NCBI RefSeq assembly: GCF_006345805.1
Contig: NC_043009.1
Location: forward strand, 8,866,001 to 8,930,000
Direction of reading: 5' to 3'
Origin: Octopus sinensis
Lineage: Eukaryota
DNA: 64,000 nt
In this document: positions 39,045-50,776 of the stretch, piece by piece
How positions within the stretch are numbered: the first letter of the stretch is position 1
How the letters are laid out: every line of letters begins with the position of its first letter
Notes under the pieces: model-generated
Told to the model about the DNA's origin: nothing
Databases searched by the model: none
What the model saw: the letters and a program-made list of their open reading frames with translations, nothing else
Position numbers and translations under genes: made by a program

Positions 39045-39612
39045 TTGGGTTGTCCAGAAAGTTTGTGCCGATTTATAGTAGCTTACATTTCGACTTATTT
39101 GAGAACATGGTTGAGTCCATAAAATAGGATTTGATTATACCTCCATTTAGAGCACAGTTTAAGCTATCTTTTCGTGGAAGAAGGTTTATGTTCCTATAAC
39201 CTGTGTTAATTCTGTAACCCTTTAAAACGGTAGATAAAAAAGTTCATTTTTGGCACTTGATGCTTTGGGAACCAGACAAAAATTGCTGCAGCTTGGCTGG
39301 GATGTGTTCCCCCCCACCCTCCATATTCACCAGATATTGCTCCTTCGGATTTCGACTTATTCAGGTCTCTGCAGAATAGTCTTAATGGTAAAAATTTCAA
39401 TTCCTTGGATGACATAAAAAGATACCTTGATGAATTCTTTGCCATGAAACTCCCTCAATTCTGGGAAGAGGGTATTTTCATGTTAATGGAAAGATGGAGA
39501 TGCATTGTGCAACAAAGTGGTTCATATTTGGCTGATTAAAAATGTAATGGCAAGTATTTATTGACCTTTTTCTTTTCTTTAAAAATCAGCACAAACTTTC
39601 CAGACAGCCCAA
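39045..39612 (+). mobile_element. Internally deleted mariner element in COA7 intron 2
   Basis: TA-TTGGGTTGTCCAGAAAGTTTGTGCCGATTT ... AAATCAGCACAAACTTTCCAGACAGCCCAA-TA TIRs. Retains the transposase C-terminus (P.HPPYSPDIAPSDFDLFRSLQNSL...ERWRCIV). Confidence 0.92.
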
Positions 39613-40254
39613 TAGATTTATTCACATACCAAACTTGTTTTGACAATTTTCTGCTTATCAATGGAGCAAATATATAAAATAGAAAAAGGGGAGGGGTAAG
39701 GAGAGTCTAAAATTACAAGGTAAAAATTGGACAAACATGTTTAAACCATCAAGTGTTGAAATGTTTACAGAAATTTCAGTGAGTCTCACAGGGATACTCT
39801 CCCTTTACTTGCCATGCTGGAGCACTGCTTTTAGTTGGCCAAATTGACCCCGGGACTTATTCTTTGTAAGGCTAGTATTTATTCCATCGGTTTCTTTTGC
39901 CGAACCACTAAGTTACACAGACGTAAACACACCAGCATCGGTTGTCAAGCGATGTTGGTGGGGAGGACAAACACAGACACACGAGCATACACATACACAC
40001 ATACGTGTGTGTATATATATTCAGCCAAAATTGCGATGATAATCTGGTGCTTGACTAAGGATAGAGGACTCTGAATGACCCATCCTTGGTTTTTTTTATT
40101 GTCTATTTGGGTGTTTTGTTGTCCCTTTTTGTATCAGCTATCTATCTGGATGTTTTGCGTTCTTATCCTATGTTGTATTTTATATATATATATATAATAT
40201 ATATATATATATATAGTGGCGTACATACATTTTGCTCTCTTTTATGTAAGCACA

Positions 40255-42158
40255 CATCATCATCATCATCGTTTAACATCCGTTTTCCGCGCTAGCACGG
40301 GTTGGACGGTTTGACTGGGGTCTGGGAAGCCAGGGGCCGCTCCAGGCTCCAGTCTGATTTGGCAGAGTTTCTACGGCTGGATGCCCTTCCTAACGCCAAG
40401 CACTCCATGAGTGGATTGGGTGCTTTTTACGTGCCACCTGCACAGGGGCCGGGGGGTCCGGCATTGGTCGCAATCGGTTCGAGCTTTTAACGTGCCAGCG
40501 GCACGGGGGCAACTGGGTCCGGGGTACTTTGAATGGGTAGGGGGTATGTGGAATTGCTGCAGAAAGCAGCCCGGGTCTTTGCAGTCACAGCATATCTCCA
40601 GAGATCTCGGTCTTTCGCCATTGCTTCAGTGAGGCCCAATGCTCTGAGGTCATGCTTGACTACCTCATCCCATGTCTTCCTGGGTCTACCTCTCCCCCTG
40701 ATACCTTCAACTGTTTGGGAGTGGCACTTCTTCACACATCTCTCTTCATCCATCCGCAGCACATGACCATACCATCGCAAGCGTCGCTCTTGCACACCAC
40801 ATCTGATGCTTCTTATATCCAGCATTTCTCTTAGGATGCTTACACTCTGTCTTGCGTGCACACTGACACTACACATCCAGCGGATCATGCTAGCTTCATT
40901 TCTTTCAAGTCTACGCATGTCCTCTGCAGTCACTGCCCATGTTTCATTACCGTGAAGCATGGCAGTTCGCACACATGCATCATACAATCTACCTTTCGCT
41001 CTGAGGGAGAGACCTTTTGTTGCCAGTAGGGGTAGGAGCTTTCTGAACTTTGCCCAGGCTATTCGTATTCTAGTGGTGATACTCTCTGTGCATCCACCTC
41101 CGCTACTAACTTGGTCACCCAGGTAGCGGAAACTATCAACTACTTCTAGTTTCTCTCCCTGGAGTGTGATGGAATCTGTTTTCTGAGTGTCTGTTGTGTC
41201 TATTGTCCCTGTGCATCTGCCGCACATGAAAGCTATCTTATCTGTTAATTTCCCTTTAATGTTGCTGCATCTCTTATGTGTCCATAACTTACATTGGGTG
41301 CATCTTATGGAGTTTCTACCTGTACCTTTCCTACAGATTGAGCAGGGCCACCTACCCGAGGGGGTGTGTGCTGAGTACCTCTTGCTGCTTACTAATACTT
41401 TGGTCTTTGCTACATTTATTCTAAGGCCTTTTGATTCCAACCCTTGCTTCCACACCCGAAATTTCTCTTCTAGTTCCGGTAGTGATTCTGCTATGAGAGC
41501 TAGGTCATCGGCATAGAGGAGCTCCCAGGGGCATCCCGTTTTGAATTCCTCTGTTATTGCCTGAAGGACTATGATGAATAAAAGGGGACTGAGGGCTGAG
41601 CCCTGGTGCACACCTACTTCTACCTGGAATTCTTCACTATATTCGTTGCCAATCCTAACCTTGCTGACAGCCTCTCTGTATAGAGCCTGTACAGCCCTTA
41701 TTAGCCATTCTTCAATCTCCAGTTTCCGCATCGACCACCAGATGAGGGAACGGGGAACCCTGTCAAAGGCTTTCTCCAAGTCTACAAAAGCTATGTAGAG
41801 GGGTTTATCTTTAGCTAGGTACTTCTCCTGCAGTTGTCGGACCAGGAATATAGCATCAGTGGTGCTTCTACCTGGTACAAAACCGAACTGCATTTTATCT
41901 AAACAAATTCTCTCCCTAATGAGATGGGTTATGACCTTCTCTGAGACCTTCATCACCTGGTCCAACAGTTTGATACCTCTGTAGTTATTTCTATCTAGAG
42001 CATCACCCTTACCCTTGTAGCAGTTGACTATGGTGCTGCTGCACCAGTCATTGGGTATGACTCCATTGTGAACTACCTGGTTTACAATGCGGGTGACTAT
42101 GGTATAGCCCACATAGCCAGCTGTTTTAAGCATCTCAGCAGTGATTCCTGATAGGCCA
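40255..42158 (-). mobile_element. RTE-clade LINE copy 1, 5'-truncated, antisense in COA7 intron 2
   Basis: Uninterrupted ORF 42158->40487 with RT motifs (FVDLEKAFDRV, GVHQGSALSPLLF, YADD), a C4HC3 PHD finger and the RTE C-terminus (RRLRWYGHVLRM, GRGRPRKTW). 3'UTR ends in (TGA)n. No endonuclease domain; the 5' junction abuts (TA)n. Confidence 0.92.
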
Positions 42159-42683
42159 GATTTTTCTAAAATATATATATATATAACTGATATCCCATAG
42201 TGGGTTACACTCATAACCCCTATCACACTTTGTACTTTTAAGTTAATTTTCTGAGGAATTTGCATTGTTAATACTTATGTACATGAAGTATCTATTCAAT
42301 AGTTTAAGTGTTGTTAGCGATAAGTGAGTGCATTCAAATATAGTACATCAATTCCTCAGGATGAATACTGCTGGTAAAATGGAAAAGATTTGGATGAATT
42401 CATCAATGAAAGATATTCCCATACCAACTAGGAATAAATAATATAAATTGGTAATATCTGTAAGTCGATGATTGAAATGTATCTGTTCCTCCATTTTCTC
42501 ATTTATATATATATATATATATATAATATATATATATATATATACTGGAGTAAACACATAAATGTGAAACAAGGTGGAAAAAAGAGTACTCAAATACCAG
42601 TGGTAGAGTAATATGCTTTATTTAAAAACAGCAGAAAATTCAACAAAACCTGTTACTCTGAGTTTCCCGTTGCCATTCAAAAA

Positions 42684-42721
42684 CTGTCCGATGAACGGCA
42701 ACGGGAAACTCAGAGTAACAG
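42684..42721 (+). ncRNA. Minimal hammerhead motif with CCGATGA core in COA7 intron 2
   Basis: CTGT-CCGATGA (42688-42694)-A-CG(GCAA)CG-G-GAAA (42705-42708)-CTCAGA-GTA (42715-42717)-ACAG. Stem I is CTGT/ACAG and stem III is ACTC/GAGT. Confidence 0.6.
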
Positions 42722-42753
42722 GTTTTGTTGAATTTTCTGCTGCTTTAAATAAA

Positions 42754-42820
<67 letters not shown>

Positions 42821-43979
42821 AACAAGAATGTTGTTGACAGTGATTTATTACTTGCTCAAAAACAGAGGGTTGGTGACAGGAAGGGCATCCATCCATAAAG
42901 AAAATTGTCCTCCATGCTAAATGATGTGTGTGTCTCTACCTCCATGTCTTGTCATTGCACGGTAGTTGTGTCACTGTCCTACAAGCAATGCCATTTATTT
43001 CCAATGTTCTGCATAAAATGATAATGATAATTATATATGATATATATATATATATATCAGCATCGCCTTACTGTCGTTACCAGCATTGCCTTACTGGCAC
43101 CCGCGCTGGTGGCATGTGTAAAAGATTCAAGCGAGGTCATAGCCAGTGCTGCCTGACTGGCACCCACGCCGGTGGCATGTGTAAAAGATTTGAGCGAGGT
43201 CGTTGCCAGTGCCGCCTTACTGGCCCCGTGCTGGTGGCACATAAAAGCACTCTCTACACTCTTGGAGTGGTTGGTGTTAGGAAGGGCATCCAGCTGTAGA
43301 AACTCTGCCAGATCAAGATTGAAGCCTGGTGCAGCCATCTGGTTCGCCAGCCCTCAGTCGTTCGAGCTTATGATCGTAAGGTTGTGAGTTTGAATCCCGG
43401 ACCGGGCTGCACGTTGTGCTCTTGAGCAAGACACTTTATTTCACGTTGCTCCAGTTCACTCAGCTGTAGAAATGAGTTGCGACTTCACAGGTGCCAAGCT
43501 GTATCGGCCCCTTTGCCTTTCCCTTGGATAACACTGGTGGTGTGGAGAGGGAAGGCCGGTATGCATGGGCGACTGCTGGTCTTCCATAAACAACCTTGCC
43601 CGGACTTGTGCCTTGGAGGGTAACTTTCTAGATGCAATCCCATGGTCATTCATGACCGAAGGGGGTCACCCTCACCCTTTATATATATGTGTGTGTGTGC
43701 ATCTTTGTCACCTACCACTGCTTGACAACTGATGCTGGTTTGTTTATGTCCCCATAACTTAGTGGTTTGACAAAAGCGACCAATAGAATAAACACCAGGC
43801 TCTAAGTAATAAGTACTAGGATCAATTCATTCGACTAAAAATTCTCTGAAGTGGTGCCCCAGCAAGGCCACAGTCTAATAACCAAAACAGATAAAAGACA
43901 TATATGCTAATGAAAAAAATTAATAAAGCTAATTTTATTGAATAAAACTAATTTTGGCTTCTTTTTTTTTATTGTACAG

Positions 43980-44404
43980 GGTGTGAAAAAGACTTAACAG
44001 AAGCAATTAAATACGAGGCCAAAGGATGTGATTATGATTACATTCCTGCATGTTTCCAGGCAGGAATCTTAAGTCTAAGTAAAGGACACCAGAATATTCC
44101 AAATGCCGTAACCTATCTCACCAAAGCTTGCTCAAATAACCACCCTCTCGCGTGTTTTAATCTCAGCGCACTTTATATGCGAGACCAGACTGAATTAAAG
44201 AAAGATATGAAAAAAGCTTTTGACTTAGCATTAAAAGGCTGTGAACTTGGACATCTTTATTCTTGTGTGAATCTTAGCATTATGTATCGGCGTGGCGATG
44301 GTGTGGATCAGAATTCCGAATTAGCAGATAAATATAAGAAAAAGGCCCAGTCAATGAGAGATGAGCTGGTCAAATCAGAACAGACTATTCGAATGAATGA
44401 GTGA
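43980..44404 (+). CDS. COA7: COA7 exon 3 (terminal coding exon, Sel1-like repeats, ends ...TIRMNE*)
   Basis: Polypyrimidine tract and AG at 43978-43979. Frame continues into the listed ORF 44177-44404. Motifs ACFNLSALY and GCELGHLYSCVNLSIMYRRGDGV match COA7. Spliced CDS is 666 nt (221 aa plus stop). Confidence 0.93.
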
Positions 44405-44532
44405 CAATGCTCCATCTAGTTTTAATATACGGTACTCTAGGAAAAGAATGATCTCCCCTGCTGTTTTGTCTTCTTGTGCGAATTTCGACTTCTTTTTCAC
44501 TTCACAAAATATCTATTCTTAATTTGTTTGTA

Positions 44533-44538
44533 AATAAA
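44533..44538 (+). terminator. Candidate COA7 polyadenylation signal AATAAA
   Basis: First AATAAA about 130 nt after the stop, followed by T/GT-rich sequence. Confidence 0.5.
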
Positions 44539-44851
44539 TTTTGAAACTAGATTTTACAAAAAGAAATTTCTTATTGTTTAACTTTTTGTGTATGTGTGTG
44601 TCATCATCATCATCATTTAATATCCGTTGTCCATGCTGGCATGAGCTGGATAGTGTATATATATCAGGTCATCAAGTATGAAATTTGTAGTAAGGTATAT
44701 AGTAAACTTTGACTGCTGCTCATTTTGTGCCATTATTATATTTTGACAATCTTTATTTTTTGTTAGAAAGCTGACACATCTGTTTCTTTATTCTAACTTA
44801 TTTTGTGTTTTATTGAGTTTTTATGAATTTTTTTTTTGTTGCTATTTTTGT

Positions 44852-47800
44852 TTAGAGATGACCAGATCTGTGGCTGGTGCAAAGTCCCCTTAAGACCCAA
44901 AATAACGTGGTGGTGGAACAATATTGTTGACAGGGCTATTAGACAAAAGAAACAGGCTTGGAAGGCCTGGAAGAACGGTGGTAGCAGGGAAGTGTATCAG
45001 TCTGCCAGAAGGGAAGCCAGGAGACAGGTCTATCTAGCCAGAGGGGAAGCAGAGAAGGAAAAATTTGCCAATGTCCTGCGTCGTGAGGATGAAAGACTTG
45101 AGGTATTTCGTGTTGCAAGACAGTGTGTGAGAGAGAATCGTGACGTGGTAGGAGAGAAATGTGTTCGCAAGGAGGACGGTTCACTTGCACTTAATGAGGG
45201 TGCAAAGAGAGAGACTTGGAGACGCCACTATGATAGGTTGCTGAATGAAGAAAATGAATGGGATAAAGAGAGTCTGCCGATGTCGACCCAACAGAGGGAC
45301 CAGCAATCCGAGTTAACAGTTCCTTAGTAGATAAGGCAATTAGAAGCATGAAAACAGGGAAAGCCCCAGGCCCATCAGGAATTACTGCAGAGATGCTCAA
45401 AATATCTGGTGGTGTCGGCTATAGCTTAGTCACCCGTATAGTTAACCAGGTGATACACGAGGGGGTCATACCCAATGACTGGTGTAGCAGCATAATAGTC
45501 AACTGCTACAAAGGTAAAGGCGACGCCCTAGAGACAAATAACTACAGGGGCATCAAGCTGCTGGATCAGGTAATGAAGGTTACGGAGAGGGTTGTAGCCG
45601 AACTAATTAGAGAGAGAGTTACCTTAGATGATATGCAGTTTGGGTTCGTGCCAGGGAAAAGTACTACTGATGCTATATTCCTGGTAAGACAGCTGCAGGA
45701 GAAATACCTAGCCAAAGATAAGCCCTTGTACCTGGCTTTTGTTGACTTGGAGAAAGCCTTTGACAGGGTCCCCCGGTCCCTTATCTGGTGGTCAATGAGG
45801 AAACTAGGGATAGAAGAATGGTTGGTGAGAGCTGTGCAAGCCATGTACAGAGACGCTGCTAGTAAGGTGAGGGTGGGCAACGAGTACAGTGAAGAATTCC
45901 GGGTAGAGGTTGGGGTCCACCAAGGTTCAGTCCTCAGTCCCCTCCTATTTATCATAGTCCTCCAGGCAATAACGGAGGAATTCAAGACAGGTTGCCCCTG
46001 GGAGCTCCTCTATGCTGATGACCTTGCTCTAATTGCTGAGTCACTATCAGAACTGGAGGAGAAGTTCCAGGTGTGGAAACAAGGATTAGAATCGAAGGGC
46101 CTTAGAATCAACCTAGCCAAAACCAAAGTTCTAATAAGTAGGAAGGTAGATCAATCACAAACGCCTTCAGGTAGATGGCCCTGCTCGATCTGTAAAAAAG
46201 GTGTAGGTAGAAACTCTATAAGATGCACCAAGTGTAAGCTATGGACACATAAGAGGTGCAGCAATGTCAAAGGAAGGCTAACTAGGAAAATAGTTTTTGT
46301 CTGTGGCAAATGCTCAGGAGCAATAAACACTGGAAATATGCAGAGACCAACTTCTGCCACGTTCCAGGGAGACAAACTAGAAGTAGTTGATAGCTTCCGC
46401 TACCTAGGAGACCAAGTCAGTAGCGGGGTGGGTGTGCTGAAAGTGTAACTGCTAGAGTAAGAATAGCCTGGGCAAAGTTTAGAGAGCTCTTACCCCTGCT
46501 GGTGACAAAAGGCCTCTCGCTCAGAGTAAAAGGCAGACTGTATGATGCATGTGTACGTACAGCCATGCTACATGGTAGTGAAACATGGGCCGTGACTGCT
46601 GAGGATATGCGTAAGCTCGCAAGAAATGAAGCCAGTATCTCCGATGGATGTGTAATGTCAGTGTTCATAATCGTCAGAGTGTAAGTTCCTTGAGAGAAAA
46701 GCTGAACCTAAGAAGCGTCAGTTGTGGCGTGCAAGAGAGACGGCTGCGCTGGTATGGTCATGTGACAAGAAAGGCTGAAGATAGTTGTGTGCAAAAGTGC
46801 TACACCCTAGCAGTGGAGGGAACCTGTGGAAGAGGTAGACCCAGGAAAACCTGGGACGAGGTGGTGAAGCACGACCTTCGAACTTTAGGTCTCACTAAGG
46901 AAATGTCTAGAGACCGAGACCTATGGAAGTATGCTGTGCATGAGAAGACCCGGCAAGACTAGTCAGGCCATAACCCGTGGCCCCGACCTGGGACGTAGTC
47001 AGTCCTGTGCATACCTTCCTTCTTGTGACACTTATGAAGACCTGTTGAGGCAAGTGAAAATCAAATCAAATCAAAACAAATCAAAATAGATGAACATCAG
47101 TGGAATTGTATTCTTTGTGGTACCAGTGCCGGTGGCACACAAGAAAACCACCCAAACGTGGCCGTAACCAGTACCGCATCGACTGGCCTCCGTGCTGTGG
47201 GCACAACAAACACCATCCGATCGTGGCCGTTCGCCAGCCTCATCTGGCACCTGTGCCGGTGGCACATAAAGACACCATCCGAAGACCCGGCGACGTAGTC
47301 AGTCCACCTGTGCATACCTTCCCTCTTATGACACTTGTGAAGACCTGTTGAGGCAAGTGTGTGACACTTGTGAAGACCTGTTGAGGCAAGTGAAAATCAA
47401 ACCAAATCAAAATAGATGAATATCAATGGAATTTGTATCTTTGTGGTTCCAGTACCGGTGGCACACAAGAAAACCATCCGAAGTGGCCGTAGCTGGTACC
47501 GCATCGACTGGCCTCCGTGCTGTGGGCACAACAAACACCATCTGATCGTGGCCGTTCGCCAGCCTCACCTGGCACCTGTGTCGGTGGCACATAAAAACAC
47601 CATCCGAAGACCCGGCGACGTAGTCAGTCCACCTGTGCATACCTTCCCTCTTATGACACTTGTGAAGACCTGTTGAGGCAGAGGCAAGTGTGTGACACTT
47701 TTGAAGACCTGTTGAGGCAGAGGCAAGTGTGTGACACTTGTGGAGACCTGTTGAGGCAAGTGTGTGACACGCGTGACACTTGTGAAGACCTGTTGAGGCA

Positions 47801-48660
47801 AGTGAAAATCAAACCAAATCAAAATAGATGAACATCAATGGAATTGTATCTTTGTGGTTCCAGTACCGGTGGCACACAAGAAAACCATCCGATCGTGGCC
47901 GTTCGCCAGCCACATCTGGCACCTGTGTCGGTGGCACATAAAGACACCATCCGAAGACCCGGCGACGTAGACAGTCCACCTGTGCATACCTTCCTTCTTG
48001 TGACACTTGTGAAGACCTGTTGAGGCAAGTGACACTTGTGAAGACCTGTTGAGGCAAGTGAAAATCAAATCAAATCAAAACAAATCAAAATAGATGAGCA
48101 TAAATGGAATTTGTATCTTTGTGGTACCAGTGCCGGTGGCACACAAGAAAATCATCCGAACGTGGCCGTAGCCAGTACCGCATAGACTGGCCTCCGTGCT
48201 TTGGGGACGTAACAAACACCATCCGATCGTGGCCGTCCGCCAGCCTCATCTGGCACCTGTGTCGGTGGCACATAAAAACACCATCCGAGCGTGGCCGTCT
48301 GCCAGCCTCGTCTGGCACCTGCCAGCCTCATCTGGCACCTGTGTCGGTGGCACATAAAAACACCATCCGAGCGTGGCCGTCTGCCAGCCTCGTCTGGCAC
48401 CTGTGTCGGTGGCACATAAAAACACCATCTGAGCGTGGCCGTTCGCCAGCCTCGTCTGGCACCTGTGTCGGTGGCACATAAAATCACCCACTACACTCTC
48501 GGAGTGGTTGGCGTTAGGAAGGGCATCCAGCTGTAGAAACACTGCCAGATCTGACTGGCCTGGTGCAGCCTTCGGGCTCCCCAGACCCCAGTTGAACCGT
48601 CCAACCCATGCTAGCATGGAAAACGGACGCTAAATGATGATGATGATGATGATGATGATG
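44852..48660 (+). mobile_element. RTE-clade LINE copy 2 (frameshifted ORF2, tandemly amplified 3'UTR)
   Basis: ORF pieces 44836-45327, 45348-46448, 46502-46684 and 46648-46962 together give RT (YADD), PHD finger and RTE C-terminus. Same (TGA)n tail at about 48635-48660. Confidence 0.92.
46944..48480 (+). repeat. Hierarchical tandem array in RTE copy 2 3'UTR
   Basis: GAAGACCCGGC unit starts at 46944, 47281, 47606 and 47953. Nine copies of the GTGACACTTGTGAAGACCTGTTGAGGCA motif. About 60-bp GTGCCGGTGGCAC modules repeated at 48220-48480. Confidence 0.9.
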
Positions 48661-49012
48661 GTTAAGTTGGAAATACGTAGTTTTGAAATATGAGTTCTTT
48701 CTTGGAAATACAGCATCACAGACAGCTCGGAATATTAACGGAGCATTTCATTTCAATGTTATTACACAGCAGACAGTATCAAATTGGTTTGCAAAATTTC
48801 GTTCTGGTAACTTTGGCCTCACAAATAAGCAATGTGGTCGACCAGAAACAAAGATGGATAATGACGAACTGAAAGCTACCATTGAGTCAGATCCATTTCA
48901 AAGTGGCCATGAACTATCGTTGTTGTTTGGTGTTAGCAAGTAAACAATATTGACTCACCTACTTCAAATCAGAAAAGTGAAAAAGTTGGATAAGTGGGTT
49001 CCACATGAACTC
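48661..49012 (+). mobile_element. Mariner transposase N-terminal remnant
   Basis: KYEFFLGNTASQTARNIN...TVSNWFAKFRSGNF...GRP (HTH) followed, past a stop, by KKLDKWVPHEL. Confidence 0.85.
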
Positions 49013-49499
49013 CAGAAACAGCAACATTTGGAAGCCTGCATTATGCATTTTACAAGATTGTGATTTTGATTCCTGGTCCGGGCAACATGTTCTTGAGCAA
49101 GACATTTCATTTCACGTTCCTCCAGTCCACTCAGCTGGTACAAACAAGTAATCTTGCAACAGATAAGCATCCAGTCAAAGCGGGGAATACATATGTCATG
49201 AAACCGGCCCTTATAAATCGAGAAGGTAACCTTTACTATTTTGTTTTTTCACCTAATTCCAGCAGACCCATGCAAGCATGAGAAAGTTGATATAAGAACA
49301 TTCATGATGTGTGTGTGTGTATTCTGGTGTCTTATTTTAGTGAGTTACTTGGGGTTTTTGTAATGGTTTGGGCTGCAGGAAGGGATTATGCCAACAGCTT
49401 TCACAAGCTCTCCAAGTCCAAGAGATCAATACAGTTGATATTCCTTTTGAAGAGTTGTATGATGGAATTCCAGAATGACAATGTTCTTGGGAGAAAGGA

Positions 49500-49775
49500 C
49501 TGGATAAATTAGTGTTGGGCTACACTACACTTCATGAAAGGTCAGGGTTGGCGAAAGCGATGTGGTTGACAACGAAAAACCTGGCTGATGACAGTCAAGG
49601 CTGACCTGGAACCCAACCTAGGCCCCCATATCTACGGCGTTCGCTGCTGGAATAAGGAGTGGTTGGAGATCACGCGGTCGTTAGCCTCAAATCGCCAGGC
49701 CTGGTCGGCGTTTGTGAGAGATGCAGCATTGAGGATGAATGAAGCCAGCTCAACCCACCCCGGGTGAATGCTGTA
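49500..49775 (+). mobile_element. RTE-type 3' ORF fragment (different family)
   Basis: GQGWRKRCG*QRKTWLMTVKADLEP.LGP.IYGVRCWNKEW...LASNRQAWSAFVRDA. Confidence 0.65.
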
Positions 49776-49899
49776 AGAAGATGATGAAAGGTCAAACTAT
49801 TGAATTGAATGATCTTAAAAGGAGGTGGTACAAGACCAGCCAGCTTTGGGGGTCTAGAAACCATGGCAGTTGCAGAAGAAAAGACAATATGAAGAGAAC

Positions 49900-50420
49900 A
49901 TGACTATGGGCCAAAGGCTGGAGTGTATTGGCAATTACCTTCATACCAACTGAACCTTTGCCTGTCCACAGCCATTTTCATAAGTTTGTCCTGAACGTCC
50001 ATTCTTATTTTCAGACTTTTAGCAAGCCCTTGTTTCCTATGTTCTGGATAATACCAAAGTTCTTCTTTCATAACTCCCAAGTTACTCCGGTGGTTGAAAG
50101 AAATTGGGAACGTGTACCATACATGATGCTTGGAGGCCAATGAAATATGTCCTGTGTGTCATGCGATACACGGGATAGGCAAAAGGGTCACATTTGAATT
50201 TTGTTAGGGGTAACTGTTGGCGGCTGAAGTATTTCCTGATATTGAAGAGGAAAACCTGTCTTTGTGATGTAGTCTTGGCCAGTAACAAAGCATTAGAGGG
50301 AGTAGGGCAGGTAGTACTTTTATAGAGGCAGCATAAAGGTCTCCTGTGTAAATTTATACAGGATTGGTGGCCTGAGGTGGAGTTGGGTGGTAAACTCAAG
50401 GGCTGCACACACTTTAGCTA
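49900..50420 (-). mobile_element. Decayed RTE-1-like ORF2 C-terminal fragment
   Basis: Frameshifted ...LWYYPEHRKQG...LMKMAVDR on the minus strand. Confidence 0.45.
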
Positions 50421-50776
50421 TGCCACCAGTCTTTGTTACGTTGAAGATGTGATATGACCAGGAAAGATGTCAGTGAGAACGAGTCAAAGTGTTTGCAAAA
50501 ACTTTGAGAGTTTTAGTTTTGAGTTGTTCCTGTTTGGGCAAGTAACTTAATAGTAACTGTTTTTATTTCCTTTTGCAATATTATTATCCCTTTAACATTC
50601 AGATTATCCAGTCAAATGCAATGCTTAGTGGTTGGCGTTAGGAAGGGCATCCAGCCGTAGAAACATAGCCAGATCAGGCTGGGCCTGGTGCAGCCTTCTG
50701 GCTTCCCAGACCCCAGTTGCACCGTCCAACCCATGCTAGCATGGAAAGCAGACGCTAAACGATGATGATGCTTTAA

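Noticed and set aside
41187-41798. Plus-strand ORFs within RTE copy 1 (and minus-strand ORFs 44939-46668)
   Set aside because: Antisense shadows of the RT ORF.
47020-48060. CRISPR-like array of ~30-bp direct repeats (GTGACACTTGTGAAGACCTGTTGAGGCAA)
   Set aside because: Repeats are often adjacent without spacers, the intervening sequences are copies of each other, there are no cas genes, and the array lies in a eukaryotic LINE 3'UTR.
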